Source: Candidatus Bilamarchaeaceae archaeon
Lineage (GTDB): Archaea > Micrarchaeota > Micrarchaeia > Anstonellales > Bilamarchaeaceae
Direction: 5' to 3'
Assembly: GCA_038870635.1 (NCBI GenBank)
Contig: JAVZJR010000001.1
Location: 10,698 to 74,697, forward strand
Length of the DNA stretch: 64,000 bases
Every line of letters begins with the position of its first letter. Within the stretch, counting starts at the first letter, position 1. This document shows positions 9,575 through 19,406 of this stretch, in pieces. Below the pieces are notes generated by a model that ran no database searches, was not told the DNA's origin, and worked only from the letters and a program-made list of their open reading frames with translations. The translations under genes and the position numbers were made by a program.

Positions 9575-10285
9575 ATGGAGATGAAAACAAAAAAAATGGA
9601 AGGTAAAAAAGCAAAAGTTGAGAAAGATAATCAAAAGCCAAAAAACCTTGCCTTCGATACTTTGCTTGAAGAGGCCAGAAGAAACGAAATAAAAGCAAAA
9701 ATGCAAAAGAATATTGAATTAATCGAAGCGGTTAAAAAACGTGATAAAAAAAAGATAAGCGAACTTATTATGGCAGGAGCTGATCCTACAAAAAGAGACA
9801 TACTAGGCGGCTATCCTGACGAAGCCATAATAATAGCAAAAAAGACTCAAGATTATGAAATGCTTACACTCATAACTAACAAGATTATTGAATATTTTGA
9901 AACAAAAGGAAATGTGGAAAAAAAAGAAGAAAAAGATAAACTCAATAAAGTACTCATTATCGCAAGCGATATGTTTTTACCGCTTGAGAAGATCAAAAGA
10001 TTGGTAGAACTCGGCGCAAAACCAGATTCACAATATAAAGACTTTGAAAATGGACAGAGCGCATTCATAAAATGTGCAATAAAAGGAAATATAGTTGCTG
10101 CAAATTATTTTAAGGATTATATAAAAAATATATCGCATGAGGATGGAGATGGAAAAACTGCGATGATGCATGCGATGGCGCACAGACATGATGATATTAG
10201 ATGGCTAATTTTTGAAGAAATGGAAAAACGCAGAAAATCACCTCCAAGAGAAATAGAAGAAGAATTAATAATTCCAGATGATTAA
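9575..10285 (+). CDS. Ankyrin-repeat protein
   Basis: LIEAVKK.D...ELIMAGADP, LVELGAKPD, GQSAFIKCA..GN, DGDGKTAMMHA. Confidence 0.75.
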   Translation: MEMKTKKMEGKKAKVEKDNQKPKNLAFDTLLEEARRNEIKAKMQKNIELIEAVKKRDKKKISELIMAGADPTKRDILGGYPDEAIIIAKKTQDYEMLTLITNKIIEYFETKGNVEKKEEKDKLNKVLIIASDMFLPLEKIKRLVELGAKPDSQYKDFENGQSAFIKCAIKGNIVAANYFKDYIKNISHEDGDGKTAMMHAMAHRHDDIRWLIFEEMEKRRKSPPREIEEELIIPDD

Positions 10286-10313
10286 GTTTTTTTTAATACT
10301 TTACACAAAACAT

Positions 10314-10385
10314 AAAAACCCAAGGAGAGGATGGTACACCCGAAGGCTCCATCCACTCCTCCCACCAGCCTAAAAAGGCATCTGA
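10314..10385 (-). ncRNA. Candidate ~70-nt small RNA
   Basis: Minus strand: TTTAAA box (10403-10408), GCCT-TTTT-AGGC hairpin, GGUGGGAGG, 11/12-bp stem (10323-10334/10349-10360) capped by CC-UUCG-GG, then UUUUU. Confidence 0.6.
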
Positions 10386-10511
10386 TAGTTATGTTAAAAA
10401 GATTTAAATTACTTGATTTTTTTCTCGTGATAAAAAATACGCAAAAATTTATTTTAAAACACTAAAAAAATCTTACGAAAGAATTTTAAAACAAAAACGA
10501 TAAACAAATTT

Positions 10512-11714
10512 ATGGACGACCAGAAAATTGAGAAAATAATAAAATATGGAACAATAGTCGCTGTTTTGGGTCTGGCCACAATAGTAGTAGTTTTATTTTT
10601 ACAAGTAAAACTTCCAGTAATTGGCAAACCGAGTAATTGGCTCGTGAGCGGAGGGCTAACACTTACAGAAATAGAAGAAACAGAAGAGGAAAATATTTGC
10701 GATGATATGTGTTATTACAAAAAAGCTCTTCAAAACGCAACTTATTGTGATTACATAAAAAACGAAAGCGTAAAAGAGGATTGTTATGAGAAATGGGTAG
10801 ATGAAAGCTTAGATTATTGTCTTAAGGTAAAGGGAAACATTAGGGAAGAATGCATATACTACCACGCGAAAAAAAACGACAACATAGATATATGTAGAAA
10901 TGCAATAAATAGAAGCGCTTGCATGCTGTATGTTGATGATTGCTATAGCTACGAGGATAACACAGAAAAAGGCAGATGTTTCGCTTTTAAAAGAAAAAAT
11001 TACACTTATTGTTTAGATGACTTATGTTATTTTGATTTCGCTCTTTCAATAAATGAAAAAGAAATATGTAATATGATAAGTTCGCCTGCAAGAAAAACAG
11101 CATGCGTGTCGATAATAGAAAAGAATGATAGATGTACCGAATTAAATGTTCCTGCAGAAAAAGACTTGTGCTGGCAACTATATGCTATTGAATCGAAAGA
11201 TAGTGCAGTGTGCTTCAGAATAAGCAAAGTGAGTAGGTATGCTCTTAATTGCTTTGCATATTATGCGGCTAAAATGAAAGATTTAAGCTTTTGCGATGCA
11301 GGCGGATTTGTTTTAGATGATTTATGGAAATGCTATCGCATATACTCCCTTGAGAGTGGGGATCTCACTGGCTGTGATTTGATATACAATAAATCATTAG
11401 GGTACGCAACGACGAATATATATGCGTGTTATGCAGAGTATGCAAAAAAATATGGAAACCCTGCAGCATGTAATGGAATTCGTGACCTCTCTCAAATGAG
11501 AACTTGTTATGAAGGGTCGATATTAGGAAAAACAAACATAGATTATACAAAGTGCGCAGATATCCAGCTATCTATATGGAAAAACAAATGTTATACAGAG
11601 TATGCAAAATACAACAATGACCCCACTAAATGCGATTACATAACAACAAATAAAGAAGAAAGAGAAGCTTGTTATATCGCTTGGCGTGTTTATAATAATG
11701 TAACGTCAAGTTAG
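10512..11714 (+). CDS. Membrane-anchored Cys-rich repeat surface protein
   Basis: N-terminal TM helix then repeated ~25-aa C..I......CY...A units. Confidence 0.75.
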   Translation: MDDQKIEKIIKYGTIVAVLGLATIVVVLFLQVKLPVIGKPSNWLVSGGLTLTEIEETEEENICDDMCYYKKALQNATYCDYIKNESVKEDCYEKWVDESLDYCLKVKGNIREECIYYHAKKNDNIDICRNAINRSACMLYVDDCYSYEDNTEKGRCFAFKRKNYTYCLDDLCYFDFALSINEKEICNMISSPARKTACVSIIEKNDRCTELNVPAEKDLCWQLYAIESKDSAVCFRISKVSRYALNCFAYYAAKMKDLSFCDAGGFVLDDLWKCYRIYSLESGDLTGCDLIYNKSLGYATTNIYACYAEYAKKYGNPAACNGIRDLSQMRTCYEGSILGKTNIDYTKCADIQLSIWKNKCYTEYAKYNNDPTKCDYITTNKEEREACYIAWRVYNNVTSS

Positions 11715-12173
11715 TTTTATCTCTTTGTCAGCTAACAAATGAGAAAGAAAACCAGCAGTGCCAAAAACTGCAAAGTAAAAATTAAAAAAAACCAAAAGGA
11801 TAAAAGCGTAAATGATGCTGAAGACAATCGAGTGAACAAAGCCGCGATGGCGAGGAATTAAAAATAACATAACTATGGAGTAAGCCCCAAACATAGCAAG
11901 TGCTTGGAAAAGAATTTTTTGAAGAACCACAATAATAAAAACGTCATCTATTTCATGAATATTTATAATCAACGGAAGTAAAAAAGAGAGCAAGAGAGCA
12001 GTGAAATTGCTCAATTGCCTTATCTTACTATCTTTGTGATCTATATCAGGCACTAAAGCAGATAAAGCGCAAACAACAACGAGAAGAGCAGAATAAAAAA
12101 AATCAAAAGTGAAAAATAATGATAAAATAACGCCAGTGAGGAAGCCGATTAGCAAGTGTTGAGGCCAATTCAT
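11706..12173 (-). CDS. Membrane-bound metal-dependent hydrolase (YdjM/DUF457-like)
   Basis: N-terminal H, PDIDH, HRGFVHS, SHLLAD. Confidence 0.85.
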   Translation of the reverse strand: MNWPQHLLIGFLTGVILSLFFTFDFFYSALLVVVCALSALVPDIDHKDSKIRQLSNFTALLLSFLLPLIINIHEIDDVFIIVVLQKILFQALAMFGAYSIVMLFLIPRHRGFVHSIVFSIIYAFILLVFFNFYFAVFGTAGFLSHLLADKEIKLT

Positions 12174-12195
12174 AAAAAATTATTGAAAAAAATAA

Positions 12196-13086
12196 TTATA
12201 ATGATTTCACAAAGCCTAAGAGGTCTTCAACAGATTTTGCCTGAGAGATTTTAAAACGAATAGAAGAACAATTGTCGCAACCCCTAAAAATAAATAAGGC
12301 TTTTTGGCGTAAATCAGTAATATTGATATAACCTACTTTTTCACAAAATGAGAAATACTCAAGAAAAATTCTTTTTTGCCCTTTTATACCATTGGGTTTT
12401 TTGTTTTTAAAACAAAGGGGATTTTTCATTGCAGCGCGGCCTATCATAAAAGAAGCGCAAAAACCATCGCGTACCCTTCCTAAACCATCGGCTACATTTG
12501 CAATATCGCCATTTCCCACAACTGGTACGTTTATTTCATTAGATATTTTTTTTATTATGTCCCAATTAGCTTTTCCAGAGTAAAGTTGAGTTGGAGTTCT
12601 GCCATGTACTACTAAAAAATCTGCGCCGCCCTGTTCTATTTTTTTGCAAAAACATATTGTTTTTTTCTCATTTTCTAAAATACGCATTTTAACAGATATA
12701 GGTAAATCAGTATGATATAATGATGAAATTATTTCTACTATTTTTTTTGGCTTTTTGAGAAGTGCAGCTCCAGCTCCTACGCGTATTATATTATCCATAG
12801 GGCAACCACAATTAATATCAAACCATTTAATAAAAGGAAATGAGGCCAAAAGAACATGGGAAGCAATTTTAAACTCTGTTGGATTCGACCCAAAAAGCTG
12901 AACGCCGACAAACTTTTCTTTATCGCTAATCTGGATTTTATCAATCCCTTCTTTTCTTTTAGCGATTGCAGTAACATTAACTAAAGGCACAACTGTAGCG
13001 CTAGCGCCGTATTTTTGACACAGAAGTCTAAAAGGTAGGTTGGTATACTCAGAAATAGGCGCGAGAAAGTTTTTTGGTAAGCGCAT
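12196..13086 (-). CDS. dus: tRNA-dihydrouridine synthase
   Basis: LAP, VQLFG, DINCGCP, GAGAALL, SVKMR, VHGRT, GNGDI, MIGRAA. Confidence 0.93.
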   Translation of the reverse strand: MRLPKNFLAPISEYTNLPFRLLCQKYGASATVVPLVNVTAIAKRKEGIDKIQISDKEKFVGVQLFGSNPTEFKIASHVLLASFPFIKWFDINCGCPMDNIIRVGAGAALLKKPKKIVEIISSLYHTDLPISVKMRILENEKKTICFCKKIEQGGADFLVVHGRTPTQLYSGKANWDIIKKISNEINVPVVGNGDIANVADGLGRVRDGFCASFMIGRAAMKNPLCFKNKKPNGIKGQKRIFLEYFSFCEKVGYINITDLRQKALFIFRGCDNCSSIRFKISQAKSVEDLLGFVKSL

Positions 13087-13104
13087 GTTATAATAAATAA
13101 GTAG

Positions 13105-14013
13105 TTAATCAAATAAAGCTGCCTCTAAAACGAAGGCATAACAACTGACTACATAACTACATATACGATCAATTATCTTTTGAGGCATTCTTCTTCTTTT
13201 TCCTTTACAAAGATAGACAGTACCTCCATGATGTAATCCAAGAGAATATGAAATTCCAAAACCAGGTGATGTAAAATTATCTATCTTTTCATAGTTAAAA
13301 AGAGGTAATCTTTCCATACAGCCGCCTAAATCAACACGTACAAGATTTCCAGTTTCCTTAGCCAAAAGAACTGCTTTTTTTATATCATTGATAGAAAAAC
13401 CTTCAGCACAAATCCACTGACTTAATTGCGAAGGGAAAAAAGGAACACTGTCAAAATCTATTGAGAGATGTATATTATAATTTTTTGGGAAAGGATGGAG
13501 TAAATCAACGATACTGCGCAAAAAATAACGTTGAAAGTATTCCAGCTGTTCATCTTTTATCCATCCTTTAGATACACCTTTACAAAGATGCTCATAAACT
13601 TCGTCATTAGCACACCATTTATTTGATTCTGGTATTGCAAATTGCGGAATAAATTTATGCCGGTATTCTGACTGAGACATATGATTAGCAAAATTAATTC
13701 TACTTTTTTTATACTTCTTGAAAGGATCAACTTGCACCGGAATCCAATCAGAATGAGCATCAATGTTTCTCTTTATTGTTCTTCTTCTGCTGTCCTTATA
13801 ATCAAAGTAATAGGAGAGATGATGATAATAACCGGAAGACCAAATGAGTATGGCTGGCTGATTTCGTGGCTGTTCTATTTTTGTTATCATACTAATTGCT
13901 TTTTTTGGCGAGAGTGGAAGGAACGATACTTGCGAAAAATGTTCAAACTCTTTTATCTTCTCAACAATTCTTTTGTTTGATTTGTTGTCCACGAAGTAAA
14001 CAGTTTTTTGCAT
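13105..14013 (-). CDS. Divergent arginase/ureohydrolase-fold protein
   Basis: SGYYHHLSY, NIDAHSD, HLSIDFD, VDLGG. Confidence 0.6.
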   Translation of the reverse strand: MQKTVYFVDNKSNKRIVEKIKEFEHFSQVSFLPLSPKKAISMITKIEQPRNQPAILIWSSGYYHHLSYYFDYKDSRRRTIKRNIDAHSDWIPVQVDPFKKYKKSRINFANHMSQSEYRHKFIPQFAIPESNKWCANDEVYEHLCKGVSKGWIKDEQLEYFQRYFLRSIVDLLHPFPKNYNIHLSIDFDSVPFFPSQLSQWICAEGFSINDIKKAVLLAKETGNLVRVDLGGCMERLPLFNYEKIDNFTSPGFGISYSLGLHHGGTVYLCKGKRRRMPQKIIDRICSYVVSCYAFVLEAALFD

Positions 14014-14059
14014 ACTATTATTCTAAATAAAAGTGTTAAAAAATGTATTTGCTTGGCTA

Positions 14060-15220
14060 TTATAGACCTGCTTCTTCCCTCAACAACTTTGCCATATCAG
14101 TTTTTTCCCAACTAAATTCCGGTTCTTCCCTTCCAAAATGACCATAGGCCGCAGTTTTTCTGTATATTGGTCTTAATAAATTAAGTTTCTCTATCATGTC
14201 TTTTGGTTTAAACGAGAAGTTCTCCATGACAAGCTTTTCTATTTTTTCAACTGGAATCTTTGCTGTCCCTCTTGTATCTATGAATACTGAAAGAGGCTTT
14301 GCAACACCTATAACATAAGAAATCTGCACTTCGCATTGGTCTGCAAGACCTGCTGCAACTATATTTTTTGCCACATATCTTGCCATATACGCGCCAGAGC
14401 GATCGACTTTGGATGGATCTTTACCTGAGAAGCAACCGCCACCGTGATGACCTCTACCACCGTAAGTATCAACTATTATCTTTCTACCAGTTACACCACT
14501 ATCCGCAGCAGGTCCACCAAGCACAAATTTTCCTGTGCCATTTATATGCACTATTGTTTTTGAGTCAAAAAGATCACCGCAAACTGGCTTTATTACTGTT
14601 TCCAATATATCTTTTCTTATTTTATCTAATGAAACGTTCTCGTCATGTTGCGCAGCTATAACCACAGTATGCACTCGTGCAGGAACATGATCGCGGTATT
14701 CTAAAGTAACTTGAGTTTTTCCATCTGGCCGAAGATAAGGTAAAGTGCCGTCTTTTCTAACTTCTGCAAGTTTTTTTGCCATCTTGTGTGCCAACATAAT
14801 GGGCATAGGCATAAGCTCTTTTGTCTCTTTGTTTGCATAACCAAACATAATTCCTTGATCGCCCGCACCTTGCTCATGGCCTGCGGACTCATTTACACCT
14901 TGTGCTATATCTGGCGATTGCTCGTGTATAGAAGAAAGAACGCCACAAGTCCTGTAATCAAAAAGATATTCTGGTTTTGTATACCCAATATCTCTTATAA
15001 CATCTCGCACAACTTCTTGAAACTCAACATAACCAGTAGTAGTTATTTCTCCCATAACAACAACAAGACCAGAAGTAGTCGCAGTCTCAACAGCAACGCG
15101 CGCTTTTGGATCCTGTTTTAACAACTCGTCCAAAATGGCGTCTGAGATTTGATCGCACATCTTATCTGGATGTCCTTCAGTTACAGATTCTGATGTAAAC
15201 AAATAATTTTTAGATGACAT
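14060..15220 (-). CDS. metK: S-adenosylmethionine synthetase, bacterial/eukaryal type
   Basis: [48 protein letters not shown]. Confidence 0.97.
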   Translation of the reverse strand: MSSKNYLFTSESVTEGHPDKMCDQISDAILDELLKQDPKARVAVETATTSGLVVVMGEITTTGYVEFQEVVRDVIRDIGYTKPEYLFDYRTCGVLSSIHEQSPDIAQGVNESAGHEQGAGDQGIMFGYANKETKELMPMPIMLAHKMAKKLAEVRKDGTLPYLRPDGKTQVTLEYRDHVPARVHTVVIAAQHDENVSLDKIRKDILETVIKPVCGDLFDSKTIVHINGTGKFVLGGPAADSGVTGRKIIVDTYGGRGHHGGGCFSGKDPSKVDRSGAYMARYVAKNIVAAGLADQCEVQISYVIGVAKPLSVFIDTRGTAKIPVEKIEKLVMENFSFKPKDMIEKLNLLRPIYRKTAAYGHFGREEPEFSWEKTDMAKLLREEAGL

Positions 15221-15287
15221 GCTTTTTTTTCTACACTATCATTTAAAAACATTTAATAAAAAAGTAGTACACAAAAGGTGACCATAA

Positions 15288-16892
15288 ATGGCTGAGTTGT
15301 TCAAGGATTTCAAGGAGCACTCAGTAGCGGAATTCTTCAAGAAAAACAGACAGATGTTAGGTTTCAGTGGACCTACCCGCTCCTTTACTATAATAGTACA
15401 TGAGTTAGTGACAAATAGCCTTGACGCGTGTGAAGAAGCAGGAATACTGCCAGAAATAGAAGTAGAAATAAACCAACTTGAGGAGGATCATTTTCTAATA
15501 AAAACAAAGGATAATGGACCCGGCATCCCTGAAAAATATATAGGAAAAGCACTTGGAAAAATGCTTGCAGGCACAAAATTCCACAGATATATCCAACAAA
15601 GAGGGCAACAGGGAATAGGAGCAAGCGGCTGTGTTATGTTTTCCTACTTAACAACTGGAAAACCTATCAAAGCGATATCCTGTTTTGATAAAGTTAAAAA
15701 AGAATACGAAATTAGTATTGATTTGAAAAGAAATGAGCCGATAGTGAAAAAACTAAATGAAGAACCGACAGAAGAGCAAGGTCTAACATTTATAGCGGAA
15801 TATAAAGAATTGAAATATGAGAAAAGCAACAAGGGACCGTTTGAGTATTTAAGGAGAACGGCACTTGCGAATCCACATGCAACAATAAAAATAAAAGAAC
15901 CTGACGGAACATTGTCAGTCTTTCCGCGTTCAGTAACAACAAATCCGCCTCGTCCTTTTGAGATAAAACCGCACCCTCTTGGCATAGGAACACACGATCT
16001 TCTTGAATTTTGCCAAAGATATGCGAAGGATTACAGAAAATTTTCATCAATGTTACAAGAAGTTTTTGCAAGAGTGAGCGCTAACAAAGTCGCTGAATTG
16101 CGCGCACTTCTCCCCGATGTTGATTTAGATAAAAACCCAGCACTTATAAACTGGGAAGAGGCTGAGAAAATAGTAAATGCCTTTAAAAAAGTAAAATGGA
16201 TAGCACCCTCGATGGACGCATTAGTACCTATAGGAAAAACGCAAATAGAAACTTCTTTCAAAAATATTTTTAGCCCAGAATACCTTGTAGTAACAGAAAG
16301 AAGCCCAAAAGTTTATCGCGGAGGCATTCCTTTTATGGTTGAGGCGGCTATCGCTTATGGCGGCGGCATCACAGCAGCAGATAAAAAAGGAGAAATAATG
16401 AGATTTGCAAATCGTGTGCCTCTGCTTTTTGACGCTTCCAGTTGTGCGATAACAGAAACGGTAAAGAGTATTGATTGGTCAAGGTACAACTTAAAGAACT
16501 TCGAAGAAGAGCCAATAGTCGTATTAGTAAATTTTGTGAGTGTGTACGTGCCATACTCCAGTACCGGCAAACTTGCGATAAGTGGCGAAGACGACATAAA
16601 CGACGAGATAAAATTTGCGGTTATGGAAGCTGCGAGAGGGATGCAGAGATATATATCTGGTAAAAGAAAGACTATGGAGTTAGCAAACAAAAAGAGATTA
16701 GTTTTGAGGTATGTGCCGCAATTATCATCAGACCTTGCTTTTTTAACTGGTGAAAAAAAAGAAGATATAGAAAAGAAATTAATTGAGATAATAGAAAACA
16801 AATATTCAAGAGAAGAAACCGAAGCGGAGGAAGAAAAAACTGAAAAAAAACCGCAGCCAAGTTTGGAAGAAGAGGTAGATGTTAATGAATAA
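15288..16892 (+). CDS. top6B: DNA topoisomerase VI subunit B
   Basis: SVAEFF.KN.QMLGF, ELVTNSLDA, DNGPGI, RGQQGIG, RFANRVPLL. Confidence 0.96.
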   Translation: MAELFKDFKEHSVAEFFKKNRQMLGFSGPTRSFTIIVHELVTNSLDACEEAGILPEIEVEINQLEEDHFLIKTKDNGPGIPEKYIGKALGKMLAGTKFHRYIQQRGQQGIGASGCVMFSYLTTGKPIKAISCFDKVKKEYEISIDLKRNEPIVKKLNEEPTEEQGLTFIAEYKELKYEKSNKGPFEYLRRTALANPHATIKIKEPDGTLSVFPRSVTTNPPRPFEIKPHPLGIGTHDLLEFCQRYAKDYRKFSSMLQEVFARVSANKVAELRALLPDVDLDKNPALINWEEAEKIVNAFKKVKWIAPSMDALVPIGKTQIETSFKNIFSPEYLVVTERSPKVYRGGIPFMVEAAIAYGGGITAADKKGEIMRFANRVPLLFDASSCAITETVKSIDWSRYNLKNFEEEPIVVLVNFVSVYVPYSSTGKLAISGEDDINDEIKFAVMEAARGMQRYISGKRKTMELANKKRLVLRYVPQLSSDLAFLTGEKKEDIEKKLIEIIENKYSREETEAEEEKTEKKPQPSLEEEVDVNE

Positions 16893-17979
16893 AACAACAT
16901 TGGAAAAACTCGAAGAGTTGGGGAAAAAAATAACTGCAGAGATAGAAAGAAATGAAAGCCCAACTTTTGAAACTCCTTTGCGCACTAAGGCAAATACAAT
17001 ATACGACGAAGGATTAGGGTGCCTAAGGATAGGAGATAAAAAAGAAACACGAAAGTTTCTCAGCATGTCTCAAGCAAAAACTTTTATGCAAACAATAGCA
17101 ATAGCAGCGAAAACAAAGAAGTTTATAAAAGAAGGATTACACACATCCATTCGTGGTCTATTTTACCAACTTAAATTTACATTAGGAGAGGATATAGAAG
17201 AAGATTTATTTTCTGAGCAAAGCGAATCTAATGCACTCATAGAGGACTTAGAAGTTGCACTGGGTGTAAAAAGGGAAGACCTTAACCTTACAACCGACAG
17301 AAAAGGTTTTGTTGCAGGAGAAATGATAATAAAAGATAAGTTTGGGGGGGAAGAAACAATAATAGATTGCTCAAAACAAGGAAGAAGCGGTTGGAGCATC
17401 CCAAGTGATGTAGACAATGATATGGAGATAAAAAAAATAGATGCTAATTATGTGCTAGTTGTTGAGAAAGATGCGCTCTGGCAAAGGCTAAACGAAGATA
17501 AGTTTTGGAAAAAAGAAAACTGCATCCTTATAACACCAAAAGGACAATCGACGAGAGGAACACGAAGATTATTAAGAAAGTTGGCAGACATGAAGCTGCC
17601 GATATACGCCCTAATGGACTGCGATGCATGGGGATGGTATATTTATTGGACTATAAAGACTGGAAGTATGAACCTTGCCTATCTTGGAAGAAATTTTGCA
17701 GTTCCTGAAGCAAAGTTTTTGGGAGTAACGATGAGCGACATAGAAGAATTCCCATTCCTCAAAAAACTGACAATAAAGGCAAAAGAAGTAGACATAAAAA
17801 GAGCGGAAGAGATGCTTGAGTATCCTTGGATAAACAAGCACAAAGAATGGGTAAAAGAACTTAAACTAGTTTTGAAAACAAAACAAAAAATAGAGCAAGA
17901 CGCTTTACAAGGCGAAAGATTAACTTTTGTCGGGGAGTATATAAAAAATAAAATAGAAAAGAAGAAGTGGTTGCCTTGA
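16879..17979 (+). CDS. top6A: DNA topoisomerase VI subunit A (start may be 16885)
   Basis: IRGLFYQ (catalytic Tyr), Q.ES..IEDLE, VVEKDA, MDCDAWG TOPRIM motif. Confidence 0.95.
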   Translation: MLMNKTTLEKLEELGKKITAEIERNESPTFETPLRTKANTIYDEGLGCLRIGDKKETRKFLSMSQAKTFMQTIAIAAKTKKFIKEGLHTSIRGLFYQLKFTLGEDIEEDLFSEQSESNALIEDLEVALGVKREDLNLTTDRKGFVAGEMIIKDKFGGEETIIDCSKQGRSGWSIPSDVDNDMEIKKIDANYVLVVEKDALWQRLNEDKFWKKENCILITPKGQSTRGTRRLLRKLADMKLPIYALMDCDAWGWYIYWTIKTGSMNLAYLGRNFAVPEAKFLGVTMSDIEEFPFLKKLTIKAKEVDIKRAEEMLEYPWINKHKEWVKELKLVLKTKQKIEQDALQGERLTFVGEYIKNKIEKKKWLP

Positions 17980-17980
17980 T

Positions 17981-18463
17981 TTACTTGTTTTCTCCTTTAT
18001 ACCTGCCATTGTAAAGTTCCTTTGTTTCTTCTAAAAGTTTTATAAAAACAATTTGACCTAATTTGGCATTTTTCTTTAAGATTATCCCATTTTCGTTATG
18101 GACTACCAAAAGAGATTCACTTCTGCCTTCATAACCAGGATCCCAAACTGCGCATTCTAAAGTTGCACCGCATCGTAATAAAGAAGAGCGCGGGAAACAA
18201 AAAGCAGCTACGTCGGATGGAATCCTAACGTACTCATTATATAAAACCTTGTATGCCCCTTTCGGAAGAAAAACCTCATCCCTAACAAAATCTATTCTTT
18301 CCGCTGTGCTTAGCATTCTTTCTTTATTGTCAAAATCAATTTTACCTGGTGAAGAAAACCTATAAACTTCTTTCATAGTCATATCAAAACCTGCTGGCTG
18401 AAACTGACTTTCACTTAAAAAATTTGAAAAAAAAGATTGCATTCTATGTTTTGGGATTATCAT
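17981..18463 (-). CDS. dut: Trimeric dUTPase (archaeal dCTP-deaminase-like family)
   Basis: QPAGFD, PRSSLLR.G, WDPGYEG, YNGRY. Confidence 0.85.
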   Translation of the reverse strand: MIIPKHRMQSFFSNFLSESQFQPAGFDMTMKEVYRFSSPGKIDFDNKERMLSTAERIDFVRDEVFLPKGAYKVLYNEYVRIPSDVAAFCFPRSSLLRCGATLECAVWDPGYEGRSESLLVVHNENGIILKKNAKLGQIVFIKLLEETKELYNGRYKGENK

Positions 18464-18513
18464 GATTTGTTTTTTCTAGCAATGTTTTTTAAGGTGTGGT
18501 GCGTTAAACGTTC

Positions 18514-18906
18514 ATGAGAAAAAAGAAAGTTGTACTAACCGGTGGCGTTTTTGATGTTTTGCATGCGGGCCATATTTATACACTTGCGCAAGCAAAAAAA
18601 TATGGGGACAAACTCGTCGTGGTGGTAGCAAACGATGATTATATAAGAAAGAAAGGAAGAGAACCAATACACACACAGGAATATCGCGCCTTTATGGTAA
18701 AAGCAATACGCTACGTTGACGAAGTTATCCTAGGAGGAAAAAATCCAGAGGACATTATAAAAAAAGTAAAACCAGATGTCATAGTCTATGGATACGATCA
18801 AAAACCATTTATTAATCCAAAAGGTGTGAAAATAGTAAAACTCAAAAAGCATATAGAAAAAAACAATCTTAAAACAAGCAACATACTAAAAAAATTGGGT
18901 TTATGA
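18514..18906 (+). CDS. ribL: Cytidylyltransferase-family nucleotidyltransferase, probable FAD synthase
   Basis: [28 protein letters not shown]. Confidence 0.7.
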   Translation: MRKKKVVLTGGVFDVLHAGHIYTLAQAKKYGDKLVVVVANDDYIRKKGREPIHTQEYRAFMVKAIRYVDEVILGGKNPEDIIKKVKPDVIVYGYDQKPFINPKGVKIVKLKKHIEKNNLKTSNILKKLGL

Positions 18907-18916
18907 AGGTGATGGA

Positions 18917-19402
18917 ATGCAAATAAAATCAATAAGTATAGATTTGCCAAAAGATTGTAATGTAATAATCGGGCATGCACATTTCATAAAGACAGTAGAG
19001 GACTTATACGAAACTCTTGCGGAGAGTGGGACAGCGCTAAAATTTGGAATTGCATTTTGTGAGGCGTCAGGAAAATGTCTTGTGAGAAGTGATGGGAATG
19101 ATGAAGAGCTAATAAAAGCAGCAGAAAAAGAGGCATTAAAGATAGGCGCAGGGCACACGTTTATAATTTTTTTAAAAAATGGTTATCCTATAAATGTCTT
19201 AAATAGAATAAAAAATGTAAGTGAAGTATGCACAATCTTCGCAGCTACTGCTAATCCGCTCGAATTAATAGTAGCAGAAAACGACAAAGGAGCTCGGGGC
19301 ATTTTGGGGGTTATTGATGGTGAAAAGCCACAAGGAATAGAAAGCGAAGAAGATAAGCAATGGAGAAAAGATTTTTTGAGAAAAATTGGCTATAAAAGAT
19401 AA
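18917..19402 (+). CDS. DUF355 family (putative adenosine-specific kinase)
   Basis: [45 protein letters not shown]. Confidence 0.9.
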   Translation: MQIKSISIDLPKDCNVIIGHAHFIKTVEDLYETLAESGTALKFGIAFCEASGKCLVRSDGNDEELIKAAEKEALKIGAGHTFIIFLKNGYPINVLNRIKNVSEVCTIFAATANPLELIVAENDKGARGILGVIDGEKPQGIESEEDKQWRKDFLRKIGYKR

Positions 19403-19406
19403 GGGA

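Noticed and set aside
10293..10352. 19-aa minus-strand ORF MEPSGVPSSPWVFMFCVKY after GGAGG
   Set aside because: Start codon buried in the stem, frame crosses the U-tract, and the 7.8-kb copy gives no similar peptide; not fully excluded.
16355..16963. 202-aa antisense ORF and similar Ser/Phe-rich shadow ORFs (e.g. 25486-26067, 39943-40518, 63633-63923)
   Set aside because: Reverse complements of Lys/Glu-rich real genes.
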